A stretch of DNA of 64,000 nucleotides from Pseudomonadota bacterium. Lineage in GTDB: Bacteria; Desulfobacterota; Binatia; UBA1149. The stretch spans positions 7,395 to 71,394 of the forward strand of contig JACNKC010000077.1 of the NCBI GenBank assembly GCA_014382245.1. The letters are read 5' to 3'. Under the pieces are notes generated by a model. It searched no databases. It saw only the letters and a program-made list of their open reading frames with translations, and was not told the origin of the DNA. Position 1 is the first letter of the stretch; every line of letters begins with the position of its first letter. A program made the position numbers and the translations under genes. Shown piece after piece: positions 10,834 to 19,744 of this stretch.

Positions 10834-12426
10834 TCAGATTACCGTCGGCCGACGCCAGGTACTGTTGTCGAGGTCAGGACAGTCTACATTGTAGTGCAGG
10901 CCGCGGCTTTCTCTCCTTACCCTGGCACATTGAATCAGCAGGTCGGCTACCAGTGCGAGGTTGCGCAGCTCGAGCAGGTCCCCCGTTATCCTGAAATCCC
11001 AATAGTACTGCTGGATCTCGTCGCGCAGCATGCTGATGCGCTTGGCCGCTCGCTCGAGCCTCCTGTCACTGCGCTCGATGCCCACGTAGTTCCACATGAG
11101 CCGACGGATCTCGTCCCAGTTGTGCTTGATGACCACCAATTCGCCTTCGTCGCTGGCATCACCCGTCACCCAGCTCGGAAATACGGGCGGGGCGATGTCG
11201 TCTTCGCTCGTCATTTGCCTGGCGTGTTCAGCCGCACGGTGGGCAAAGACCAGTGCTTCGAGAAGGGAGTTAGAAGCGAGCCGGTTTGCTCCGTGCAGGC
11301 CCGTCATGGCTACCTCGCCGATCGCGTATAGCCGGTCGAGATTGGTCGCACCCACAGAGTCGGTAACCACGCCTCCACAGAGGTAGTGGGCGGCGGGAAC
11401 CACGGGCACTCGCTCCGAAGGTACGTTTATGCCGAGTGAGCGGCACTTATCGAGTATTCGCGGAAAGCGCGTTCGCATGAAATCGTCGGCGAAACCCGTG
11501 AGGTCGAGGTGCACGTATTCCAAGCCTTCTTTTTTCATCTGGTGGTCAATAGCTCTCGCAACTATGTCCCGCGGCGCCAGTTCGGCGCGGTGATCGTAAG
11601 CCTCGAGGAAATAGTTCCCTGCCGGCGTACAAAGTTTTGCTCCTTCGCCGCGCAAGGCTTCGGTCACGAGAAATGACTTGGCGCTGGGGTGGTACAGGCA
11701 GGTTGGATGAAACTGCATGAACTCCAGGTTAGCAACGCGACAGCCTGCGCGCCTGGCCATCGCGAGGCCGTCTCCGCTGGCCACGTCGGGGTTGGATGTA
11801 TAGAGGTAGACCTTACCGGTTCCGCCGCTCGCGAGTACGGTGCGGCTGGCGACAATCGTGCGTACTTCGCTGCCGTCGGCATCGAGTACGTAGGCTCCCC
11901 AGCAGGAGGCTGCACCTTTGGACAATCCGAATTTTTCGTCGACCAGCAGATCGACGGCGTGGTGGCCTTCGAAGACATCGATTGACGCGTGATCCCGTAC
12001 CCTTAGCACCAACGCGCGTACAAGCTCGGCACCCGTTTGGTCGGCAGCGTGCAGTACACGCCGATGCCCATGCCCCCCCTCAAGGCCGAGAGCAAGCTCG
12101 CCAGAATCGCCCGCCATTGTCGAAAAACGTACTCCCAGCTCCAGGAGTTCCGCTATCCTCGCCGGACCCTCCGCCACGACATCACGAACTATATCTTCGG
12201 CGCACAGGCCCGCTCCTGCTGATATGGTGTCCGCAGCATGGCTTTCGAGGGAATCGTCGCTGTCCCATACCGTCGAGACACCCCCCTGGGCCATGGCCGT
12301 GTTGGAATCCAGCAGGGAGCGCTTGGTAACTAACGCAACCCTGCCATTATCCGCGACTTTGAGCGCAAAACTCAGTCCAGCGAGACCACTGCCGATAACA
12401 AGATAGTCGTAGCTTGTCAGATTCAC
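10834..12426 (-). CDS. nadB: L-aspartate oxidase
   Basis: FAD-binding N-terminus DYLVIGSGLAGL in a succinate dehydrogenase/fumarate reductase flavoprotein-like fold. The likely start is GTG 12426 (VNLTSYDY...). Confidence 0.88.
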   Translation of the reverse strand: MNLTSYDYLVIGSGLAGLSFALKVADNGRVALVTKRSLLDSNTAMAQGGVSTVWDSDDSLESHAADTISAGAGLCAEDIVRDVVAEGPARIAELLELGVRFSTMAGDSGELALGLEGGHGHRRVLHAADQTGAELVRALVLRVRDHASIDVFEGHHAVDLLVDEKFGLSKGAASCWGAYVLDADGSEVRTIVASRTVLASGGTGKVYLYTSNPDVASGDGLAMARRAGCRVANLEFMQFHPTCLYHPSAKSFLVTEALRGEGAKLCTPAGNYFLEAYDHRAELAPRDIVARAIDHQMKKEGLEYVHLDLTGFADDFMRTRFPRILDKCRSLGINVPSERVPVVPAAHYLCGGVVTDSVGATNLDRLYAIGEVAMTGLHGANRLASNSLLEALVFAHRAAEHARQMTSEDDIAPPVFPSWVTGDASDEGELVVIKHNWDEIRRLMWNYVGIERSDRRLERAAKRISMLRDEIQQYYWDFRITGDLLELRNLALVADLLIQCARVRRESRGLHYNVDCPDLDNSTWRRPTVI

Positions 12427-12539
12427 GGGAAGGTATGATAGACATTGGAAGCGAAGGAACAAGCCGCGCACCGGGTACCCGCTCTGCTACGTGCTGCGGC
12501 GTGGTTATTTGAAACCATGGCTGTCCAGGAGATGGGACG

Positions 12540-13151
12540 ATGACCGGTAATTGGCGGCAAAGATCCGACAGGGGAGCTTGGGTTCCCCACGCTCAAGTAC
12601 CAAACGTGCTGAGCGTGGCGCGAATCTGCGCGGTTCCCTTGTTGGTGTGGTTGTTGGACCGCCCCTCGCAGGGCTACGCGCTGACGGCCTTCGGGCTTTA
12701 TTTCATCGCGTCCATGACTGATATCCTCGACGGCTACCTGGCCCGTAAGTATGATCTGGAAAGCCCGCTCGGCAAGCTACTCGACCCCCTCGCCGACAAG
12801 TTACTCGTGGTTTCCGCCCTTCTGATGCTGGCCTTGATCAATAGGGAGCCAGGGATACCAGGCTGGTTCATGGTGATCGTAGTCGGCAGGGAAATAGCTG
12901 TGACCGGACTACGAAGTATCGCTGCCAGTGAGGGCCTGGTGCTCGGAGCCGAAGCCAGCGGCAAAATGAAAATGATCCTGCAGACGGTAGGCATCCACGC
13001 CCTCATACTCCACTACACCTATTTCGGGGTTAATTTTTATCTCCTGGGCATGGTGATGTTATCCATAGGTACGGTGGTCGGCCTGTGGTCGGCTGCTGGG
13101 TATCACTTGTCAGTATTCAGGCAGCTGGGTGGCCGACGTCTATTGGATTGA
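12540..13151 (+). CDS. pgsA: CDP-diacylglycerol--glycerol-3-phosphate 3-phosphatidyltransferase
   Basis: The CDP-alcohol phosphatidyltransferase motif DGYLARKYDLESPLGKLLDPLADK is present, and the protein is multi-TM. The true start may lie downstream of 12540. Confidence 0.78.
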   Translation: MTGNWRQRSDRGAWVPHAQVPNVLSVARICAVPLLVWLLDRPSQGYALTAFGLYFIASMTDILDGYLARKYDLESPLGKLLDPLADKLLVVSALLMLALINREPGIPGWFMVIVVGREIAVTGLRSIAASEGLVLGAEASGKMKMILQTVGIHALILHYTYFGVNFYLLGMVMLSIGTVVGLWSAAGYHLSVFRQLGGRRLLD

Positions 13152-13218
13152 GGCGACAAAGCCGAGGCGCACTTGCAAAGTGCATCGGGCGTGGTCAACA
13201 TATGGGTTCGCGTTTGAC

Positions 13219-13295
13219 GCGGGTGTAGCTCAGCTGGCTAGAGCATCTGCTTGCCATGCAGAAGGTCGTGGGTTCGAATCCCATCACCCGCTCCA
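13219..13295 (+). tRNA. tRNA-Gly (anticodon GCC)
   Basis: 77 nt. Acceptor arms GCGGGTG / CACCCGC, then T, then CCA. Anticodon stem-loop TCTGC-TTGCCAT-GCAGA, T-loop GGTTCGAATCC. Closely resembles E. coli tRNA-Gly3. Confidence 0.85.
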
Positions 13296-13462
13296 TTGAA
13301 TACGACGCTATTTCAGGTAGTTAAGCGCAGCTTCCCGCCGCCGTTGCTCATTGTTATCAGTGTCACTTTAGCACTGGACAATACTATTGATGGAGTAGTA
13401 GCATCATGGCAGGTAACGACGGCTGCCACGTCAGGGAGCTGCCGGTCACCGGGAGATAATGC

Positions 13463-14056
13463 GTGGAATCTACAGCTGAGAAAATACTCAACGTTGCAAC
13501 CGAATTGTTTGCCCGGGTTGGTTACGATGGCGTAGGGATACGAGACGTTGCGCGCGAAGCAGAGGTTACTCCAGGTGCCATCAACTATTACTTTGGTCGC
13601 AAGGAAGTGCTCTTCCGGGAGTGTGTAAGCGAACTGGTAAGAAGATACGTCGGGGACGCGCAAGGCTATATCGACCGCGACGACCTTTGCGGTCTCTACT
13701 TGAATTTTCAGGCTTGGGCCACGCGAAATCCCCAGCTACTCCGGCTTTGGGTCAGCGCTGAAATTTCTGACAACGAAGATCGGCGCGAGTTTATTCACGA
13801 CCACGTGGCTATGCCGATCTGGAAGATCCTCGCTAAAGAGATACCAGGCGATGCCCCGCCCGAGGACCGGATGATGTTGCTCACTTTTATTGGCAGCGTG
13901 CTGATGGCCGAAGTAGTGGACGACAATCTTCTGTGTAACATGATCGGGGGCGACGGCGTGAGAACCGATGAAGCCTGGAGCAGGATGAGGCTCGACATGC
14001 TGAGTCTCTGGGCCATGCGTGGGATAAACCAGAAAAGCACCGACATCGCTGTTTGA
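13463..14056 (+). CDS. TetR/AcrR family transcriptional regulator
   Basis: The N-terminal HTH ...ILNVATELFARVGYDGVGIRDVAREAEVTPGAINYYFGRKE is classic TetR. A CAGTG-N9-CACTG inverted repeat lies upstream, around 13360-13383. Confidence 0.8.
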   Translation: MESTAEKILNVATELFARVGYDGVGIRDVAREAEVTPGAINYYFGRKEVLFRECVSELVRRYVGDAQGYIDRDDLCGLYLNFQAWATRNPQLLRLWVSAEISDNEDRREFIHDHVAMPIWKILAKEIPGDAPPEDRMMLLTFIGSVLMAEVVDDNLLCNMIGGDGVRTDEAWSRMRLDMLSLWAMRGINQKSTDIAV

Positions 14057-14279
14057 TAGACCCCCGACCCGGCCCCACAGAAAGGACGTTCATTGGACCC
14101 CGGTCAGAGCGTGCACACAATAGGCAGATCGCAATCCCTGGCACTTGCAGAGGACGCCGTAGTTGGCGTCCCGGAACACTGACCGCCAGGCCGTCGGCTG
14201 ATCAGCCACGGGGCGTTGTAGCGACGCTATGCAAGTGGCTGCAGCTGGTGCTTCAGCGCCGGGCCGGCGTTAAAAAAAG

Positions 14280-14372
14280 TTAATTAATCCACCTGGGGGG
14301 GATTGTTCCCCGCTGGGGGATAGGTCAGTTTTGGAGTCAACGCGGCCCCCCGTACGGGGCCACGGGGGTCAT
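14280..14372 (+). promoter_or_regulatory. G-rich repeat/palindrome block immediately upstream of the FG-GAP gene
   Basis: TTAATTAA palindrome at 14281-14288. Two direct CTGGGGG(G)AT repeats. Perfect palindrome CCCCGTACGGGG at about 14346-14357. There are four or more G-runs on the + strand. The block ends at the ATG at 14373. Confidence 0.35.
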
Positions 14373-16838
14373 ATGGTTCAGAAAAAGACTAGGTTTTCTT
14401 ACTCGACGCTGCTCTTTGCTGGCCGCAACCTCGCGGTTGTCGTGATACTGTTCTGCGCTGCCGGGACAGCAAGTGCGCAAAAGGATGGGGATCTTCCATT
14501 CGATTGCGCTCCAGGTGACGGTTACGGGCGTACCGTCGTTTACGGTGGCGATTTCAACGGTGACGGTGTAGCCGATTTCGCCATAGGAGCGCCTTGCGCT
14601 TTCGTCAACGGTAAACTCGAGGCCGGCTACGTAGAAGTACGGTCGGGTGTTGACGGGCGCAGGTTGCTCAAGCGCAAAGGCAAGCAGGAGCGCCAGTTTT
14701 TTGGCAAGTCAGTGGCGTTTACTCACGACATCAATGGTGATGGCAAAGATGAGGTTGTGGTCGGTTCGCCGGGCTGGGACCGTCGCCCCTTGCCGGATCC
14801 CCTCACAGCTGAAGCGGTCCTACGACCCAACTACGGCGCCTTCCACGTATTTGAATCGCGGCGCGGTATAGCGTTGAGAGTTTTCGGCACTGCGCGGCAG
14901 GGCTACTTCGGCGAGACGGTGGCTGGTCTTGAAGACACCAACGGAGACGGAGTTGCTGACCTCGTTATCGGCGCTCCCGGTGAACGAAACACCGAGGGTA
15001 AGCGTTCGGGCGTGGTTTACGTGTATTCCGGGCAGCGCAGGAAAGCTTTAAGGAAAATAGAGGGCGAGCGGCTCGGCGATCGATTCGGACGTACTCTCGT
15101 TGCCGGCGGCGATCACGACGGCGACGGGGTAGCCGATTTTATCGCCGGGTCGCCAGTTCTGAGGGGTTTAGCCGGCGAGGAAAGCGGCGTACTCCGAGTG
15201 TACTCCGGCATTTCTCCCCAGGAGCTAATCCTCGATCTGCAGGGTGCCCGGCGTGACCACCTGGGTATATCTGCCGCGTCAGTTGGCGATGTAAACGGCG
15301 ACGGGCTTGACGACATTGCTTACGGATCCGAACTTGCCGACGATGTTGCGGTTAAAAAAGCGGGGACGGCTTCTGTGGCCAGTGCTTCAAATGGTTCGAG
15401 AATCCTGGGTGTAGTAGGTAGCCAACCGCAGAAAAATGCGCGTTTCGGTAGCTCGATTGCCGGTACTGGCGATATCAATGGCGACGGAGTGCCCGATGTT
15501 GTAACGGGTGCACCGCTGGCCGACTCGGCCGACGGCTTCACCCGGTTAGCGGATGCGGGACGCTTTCTGCTTTTTTCCGGCAGTGATGGGTCGCCGCTCC
15601 TGGAAGTCGAAGGGTCGCGGCATTCGCTGCTGCTCGGCCAGGCAGTAAGCGGGGGCCCGGATCTTGATGGAGACGGGGTGAGTGAAATCCTGGTGGCGGC
15701 GCCCGGCGCTGCCCCCCGGCAACGCAGGGGCGCGGGCTCAGTTACTGCCTGGTCACCGGTCAGCGGAGAACCAGTCCAGGTGTTCAAAGGCCGCCGCGGT
15801 CTCGAAACACGGGTGATAACCGTTGGCGTGGAGCCGAGAGAGGGGCGCTCGGGTTTCGCGGTTTTCGGCTTTCTGCCTGACCGCCGGCAGCGAGGACTCC
15901 GTGCCAATATCTTTGCGGGAACCCGCCCCGGTGTGATGTCGATTGATCTCATAGATGACAAGCCGAAGGCGGCGCCAGGCACACTGAAAGTGGTGGTAGG
16001 CTCCGGTGCTGGAGCCAAGCATGGCCTCGTTGCGGTAATCGATTCGGCAAGGCGAAATTCAGTTACAGCGGTATTCGACGGTATGCAGGGCGTGGTGGGC
16101 CTCGTGGGCTCCAACGCTGCTGGTGGCCACTTCCAGGATGAAGACACCTTGCAGATAATCGCAGTGCAGGCCGGTTCCCGTAACGGGGACGTCGTGGCCC
16201 AGGTCTTCGAGAGGTTCCACGGCCCAGAAGGTACGTGGAACCCGATTCGCCGTTTCAGGGTGTTTTCCCGCCTGGAAGAAGTTCTCAATAATGTGAGGAT
16301 AGACGCTGGGGGTGCGACTGCTGCTGCCGGCGAGCTGATTTCAAGCAGCGGAAAGCGCGATGAATTGTTAGTTGGTACGGAAAGTGGAGTCTCCGTTGTC
16401 AGGATATATTCAGGGACGGGGTCCCTACTGGAACAGTGGGTCGCCTACTCACCTAGCGACGGTCATCGAGGAGCCAGTGTAGCCATCGGTGATGTTAATG
16501 GCGACGGCAGTAACGACGTTGTTACAGTACCGCGTTACGGCGGTGCCCAGGTCAAGGCTTTTTCAGCAGATGGCGATCCGTTGATCATGCCCGGCCAGAT
16601 TGAACCGGTGCGCTTCGAAGCTTTCGGACCGGATTTTACCGGCGGCGCGACCCTGGCATTGGCCGACATTGATGACGATGGCGTACTGGAGGTTCTCCTG
16701 ACCCCTTTCCAGGTTAAGGGCGGCGCTGTGTCAGCCTACGAGTTCGACGGCAGCCTCGTCGAAGGTTGGGTCGACCTCAAGCCTTACACGACCGGCTACA
16801 CTTCGGTCGGGGGCACCGACGCTTTCCAGAGACTCTAA
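14373..16838 (+). CDS. secreted FG-GAP (integrin-alpha-like beta-propeller) repeat protein
   Basis: Signal peptide MVQKKTRFSYSTLLFAGRNLAVVVILFCAAGTASA. There are at least 10 repeats of the form DxNGDGxxDxxxGAP (for example DFNGDGVADFAIGAP and DINGDGKDEVVVGSP). Total length is about 822 aa. Confidence 0.8.
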   Translation: MVQKKTRFSYSTLLFAGRNLAVVVILFCAAGTASAQKDGDLPFDCAPGDGYGRTVVYGGDFNGDGVADFAIGAPCAFVNGKLEAGYVEVRSGVDGRRLLKRKGKQERQFFGKSVAFTHDINGDGKDEVVVGSPGWDRRPLPDPLTAEAVLRPNYGAFHVFESRRGIALRVFGTARQGYFGETVAGLEDTNGDGVADLVIGAPGERNTEGKRSGVVYVYSGQRRKALRKIEGERLGDRFGRTLVAGGDHDGDGVADFIAGSPVLRGLAGEESGVLRVYSGISPQELILDLQGARRDHLGISAASVGDVNGDGLDDIAYGSELADDVAVKKAGTASVASASNGSRILGVVGSQPQKNARFGSSIAGTGDINGDGVPDVVTGAPLADSADGFTRLADAGRFLLFSGSDGSPLLEVEGSRHSLLLGQAVSGGPDLDGDGVSEILVAAPGAAPRQRRGAGSVTAWSPVSGEPVQVFKGRRGLETRVITVGVEPREGRSGFAVFGFLPDRRQRGLRANIFAGTRPGVMSIDLIDDKPKAAPGTLKVVVGSGAGAKHGLVAVIDSARRNSVTAVFDGMQGVVGLVGSNAAGGHFQDEDTLQIIAVQAGSRNGDVVAQVFERFHGPEGTWNPIRRFRVFSRLEEVLNNVRIDAGGATAAAGELISSSGKRDELLVGTESGVSVVRIYSGTGSLLEQWVAYSPSDGHRGASVAIGDVNGDGSNDVVTVPRYGGAQVKAFSADGDPLIMPGQIEPVRFEAFGPDFTGGATLALADIDDDGVLEVLLTPFQVKGGAVSAYEFDGSLVEGWVDLKPYTTGYTSVGGTDAFQRL

Positions 16839-16858
16839 GCGCAGCTGCCAACCAGAAA

Positions 16859-16895
16859 GGCCACCCACGGCTGTGTTCTATTGTCCGTTGTGGCC
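16859..16895 (+). terminator. imperfect inverted repeat after the FG-GAP gene stop (candidate terminator)
   Basis: GGCCACCCACGG ... CCGTTGTGGCC arms with about a 14-nt loop, sitting 20 nt after TAA 16836-16838. No U-tract follows. Confidence 0.3.
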
Positions 16896-16922
16896 GCAAA
16901 CCGGCGAGTCTATTCTGCGCCT

Positions 16923-18125
16923 ATGAGCGAGCGCGAGCGGCGGCCTCTTGACGGTATCAAGGTCCTTGATTTCAGCCACGTCCTGGCTGGCCCATACTGC
17001 GGCCGTATACTCTGCGACCTCGGTGCCGAAGTCGTTAAGGTCGAAGCCCCGGCGGGAGACGTCTCGCGGAGGCTCGGAGCGCGAAGGGCGGGTATAAGCG
17101 GTTACTTCATGCAGCAGAACTGCGGCAAGCTGAATATCTCCATTGATCTCAAGACCGATGACGGGTGCTCCCTCGCTGAACGACTGGTGAAGACAGCCGA
17201 CGTGCTCATTGAAAATTTCAGGCCAGGGGTGATGCAGCGGGCGGGTTTGGGCCCGGAGGCGTCCCTGGCTGTTAACCGCGGGCTGGTCTATTGCTCGATA
17301 AGCGGCTTCGGCCACCAGAGCAGTTTGCGCGACAGGCCTGCCTTTGCCGGCATTGCGCACGCCACGACCGGAACTTTGTATCGGCAAGGCAAGTTCCACA
17401 GCCATGACCCCGAAGACTCGGTGCTGGCGATCGGCGACACGGTCAGCGGCATGCATTCTGTTATAGCCATACTGGCGGCCCTTCGGCTTCGCGAAAGCAG
17501 CGGGGAGGGGCAGTTCATCGACATGGCCATGCACGACGCGCTGCTTTCCATACAGGAGTGCGCACACTCTTATCTATTTGGAGAAGACGGAACAGGAGAC
17601 GACGTTTTCTGTTCCTGGATCTACCGCTGCGGGGATGAGTTCGTGGCCATGCCTTCTGATCCACGTGCTAACTGGGACCAACTCACGGTCGTTATGCAGC
17701 GACCGGAACTCCTGGCCGACAAACGTTACTTGACTCTCGGGCAGCGCAACGCCTGCCTTGATGAACTCGAAGCCCACGTGCAGGCCTGGGTTGCCGATGA
17801 GGGCAGCGCCGACGTCGTGGTTGATAAACTCTCAGCGGCGGGATTGCCGGGTGCTCGTGTACTGAGCCTGGCCGAGGCTCTCGATTCCGGGCAGGTGGCC
17901 GAACGCGCCATGGCGCCGGAAATGGACGACCGCAGTGGCTCGACTTGCCGGGTACTCAACACGCCGTATCGTTTTTCTAACGCGCGGGCCGGCGTAAGGG
18001 GGCGGCCAGCCTACAGGGGCGAGCACAACCGCGAGGTGCTTGAGCGCTGGCTCGCTGCGGAGTCCGACGAGGTAGATGCTTTGCTGGAGGCGGGGGTGCT
18101 GTCCGACCGCCTGCCGAGCGATTAG
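16923..18125 (+). CDS. CoA-transferase family III (CaiB/BaiF-like)
   Basis: RPLDGIKVLDFSHVLAGPYCGRILCDLGAEVVKVEAP is the hallmark N-terminus of this family. ATG 16923 is preferred over the upstream extension. Confidence 0.85.
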   Translation: MSERERRPLDGIKVLDFSHVLAGPYCGRILCDLGAEVVKVEAPAGDVSRRLGARRAGISGYFMQQNCGKLNISIDLKTDDGCSLAERLVKTADVLIENFRPGVMQRAGLGPEASLAVNRGLVYCSISGFGHQSSLRDRPAFAGIAHATTGTLYRQGKFHSHDPEDSVLAIGDTVSGMHSVIAILAALRLRESSGEGQFIDMAMHDALLSIQECAHSYLFGEDGTGDDVFCSWIYRCGDEFVAMPSDPRANWDQLTVVMQRPELLADKRYLTLGQRNACLDELEAHVQAWVADEGSADVVVDKLSAAGLPGARVLSLAEALDSGQVAERAMAPEMDDRSGSTCRVLNTPYRFSNARAGVRGRPAYRGEHNREVLERWLAAESDEVDALLEAGVLSDRLPSD

Positions 18126-18129
18126 CCGC

Positions 18130-18741
18130 TCAGGCAGGCTTTATCGCGGTTCCCCTGTATACGGGCAGCACTGTCCAGTCTTCCCTGCCGCAGGGTTTGA
18201 CCTGCAGCTCCTCGTAGCCGCTGTCACGAATCAGGTCTACCGAGTTGCGATTCAGGTTGCAGCCGCCCGCGATGCGGTTCCACAAGGGATTCAGCCTGTC
18301 CTGCATCTGTTGCGCTCTCGGGCCGCGGCTACGGGTATGTTCCACGTAAAGCAAGCGACCGCCGGGCTTAGTGACGCGACACATCTCCTCGAGCGCAGGC
18401 GCGGGCTCAGGTATCGTGCACAGAACCCAGGTGGCCACTACCGTGTCGAAGTAGTTGTCAGGCCAGGGCAGGTCTTCTGCACCCGCGTCTACCAGTTCGA
18501 TCGGCAGGTCTACTTCCAGGGCGCGTTGCTGCGCTCGCTTGAGCATGAAGGGGTCCGGCTCTACGCCGTGGAGAATCTCGATGTCCCCGTAACGCGCAAA
18601 GTTCATGCCGGTGCCGACACCGATCTCGAGCACCTTGCCACTTGCTTCTCCCACCACCTTGCCGCGCAGGTGGCGCAGTGGAAACATCATGAGGTCGAGC
18701 CCAGCGGCAACCCACGGATGCCCTTTGCACGCAGTAGTCAT
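18130..18741 (-). CDS. class I SAM-dependent methyltransferase (Methyltransf_11/UbiE-like)
   Basis: VLEIGVGTGMN is SAM motif I, and ...TKPGGRLLYVEH is motif III. Length 203 aa. Confidence 0.82.
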   Translation of the reverse strand: MTTACKGHPWVAAGLDLMMFPLRHLRGKVVGEASGKVLEIGVGTGMNFARYGDIEILHGVEPDPFMLKRAQQRALEVDLPIELVDAGAEDLPWPDNYFDTVVATWVLCTIPEPAPALEEMCRVTKPGGRLLYVEHTRSRGPRAQQMQDRLNPLWNRIAGGCNLNRNSVDLIRDSGYEELQVKPCGREDWTVLPVYRGTAIKPA

Positions 18742-18789
18742 GCAGCCAACCTATACCAGCCCGGTATTTAATTGTAGGTCAGCACGGCA

Positions 18790-18820
18790 GGGCGGCGACC
18801 CCGTAGGGGAATCGCCGCCC
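18790..18820 (-). terminator. strong GC hairpin after the membrane-protein gene (candidate intrinsic terminator)
   Basis: GGGCGGCGA-CCCCGTAGGGGAA-TCGCCGCCC: perfect 9-bp arms with an inner CCCC/GGGG stem. It sits about 35 nt downstream of the stop of the 18854-19615 gene. No U-tract follows. Confidence 0.4.
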
Positions 18821-18853
18821 GCAGTACTGGAAGGCCAGTGCAATTGGGAAGTT

Positions 18854-19615
18854 TCAGGCTCCTTCGACCTTGGCCGATCGAGCGTAGAGCTGAAACACCA
18901 GGTGCCAGCCCACCAGGATGATGACCAGCAAGCCGACGACACCGGCCCCCGCGAAGGCGCCCGTGTGGGTGTTGATCATGGTCCAGAGCAACGGCACAGA
19001 CATGTAGGTGTTGTGGCGCGACCGACCACCGGCAAGTGCGGGCAGCGCCGCGTCCGGGGCCTCGCCAGCCTTCACGGCCGCAATGATCTGTTGCTGGGCC
19101 GGCCAGATGCGGAACCATACGTTGAAAGCCATCGCCGTGCCGAACATCGAGCCGATGTGAATAGACATGCCTCGGTAACCGTAACCTGCCCATTCGGTCA
19201 TCAGGTAAGCCACGACAGCGGTAAAAACGAAGCCCACTGAGTAGGCCACCCTGAGGTTGCCAGCGGCCGGGCTCTTGAACCAGGCGTCGTAAATAAATAC
19301 GCCGAGAAGTGTAACCCCCAGCATTACCAGGTTGGCGGTGGTGAGCAGCTCGCCTTCACCGTCGAGCAAGGCGCCGCCGTGATAGAAAACCAGCAGTAAC
19401 AAGAGGACACCGGTCACCCAGGTCCAGGCCGCTCCCCAACGAAACCAGAACAGCGCCCTCGGCATCAGCTCGGGCACCACGGTGCCGGCCGCACCCGCTT
19501 CTTTCATCTTCGCTGCGAAGGGGATGTTGACGAAGTTAAAAAACCAGAGCAGGCCGATCCAGAGAACGCCTGCGATCACGTGTATCCAACGAAAGAGCGG
19601 CTCAAGGTATTCCAT
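18854..19615 (-). CDS. polytopic membrane protein (HemJ/CopD/PuuD-N-terminal-like; function unknown)
   Basis: MEYLEPLFRWIHVIAGVLWIGLLWFFNFVN... with several TM helices. A strong SD (AAGGAG) lies 7 nt upstream of ATG 19615. The family assignment is tentative. Confidence 0.5.
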   Translation of the reverse strand: MEYLEPLFRWIHVIAGVLWIGLLWFFNFVNIPFAAKMKEAGAAGTVVPELMPRALFWFRWGAAWTWVTGVLLLLLVFYHGGALLDGEGELLTTANLVMLGVTLLGVFIYDAWFKSPAAGNLRVAYSVGFVFTAVVAYLMTEWAGYGYRGMSIHIGSMFGTAMAFNVWFRIWPAQQQIIAAVKAGEAPDAALPALAGGRSRHNTYMSVPLLWTMINTHTGAFAGAGVVGLLVIILVGWHLVFQLYARSAKVEGA

Positions 19616-19744
19616 CGTTTTCTCCTTTTGTATGGGCCCGTAAAAGGCCAACCCCGATTGTAGTTGCGCAGCGGGGGGGAATCCAGACCCGGAAGGTCGA
19701 TAATGCGGCTAACAATCGCCTTGCCGGCTGGATAAGTCGGCTTA

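Noticed and set aside
13251-13663. ORFs 13251-13535 (forward) and 13313-13663 (reverse) around tRNA-Gly
   Set aside because: They overlap the tRNA gene and the TetR start region and have no homology support.
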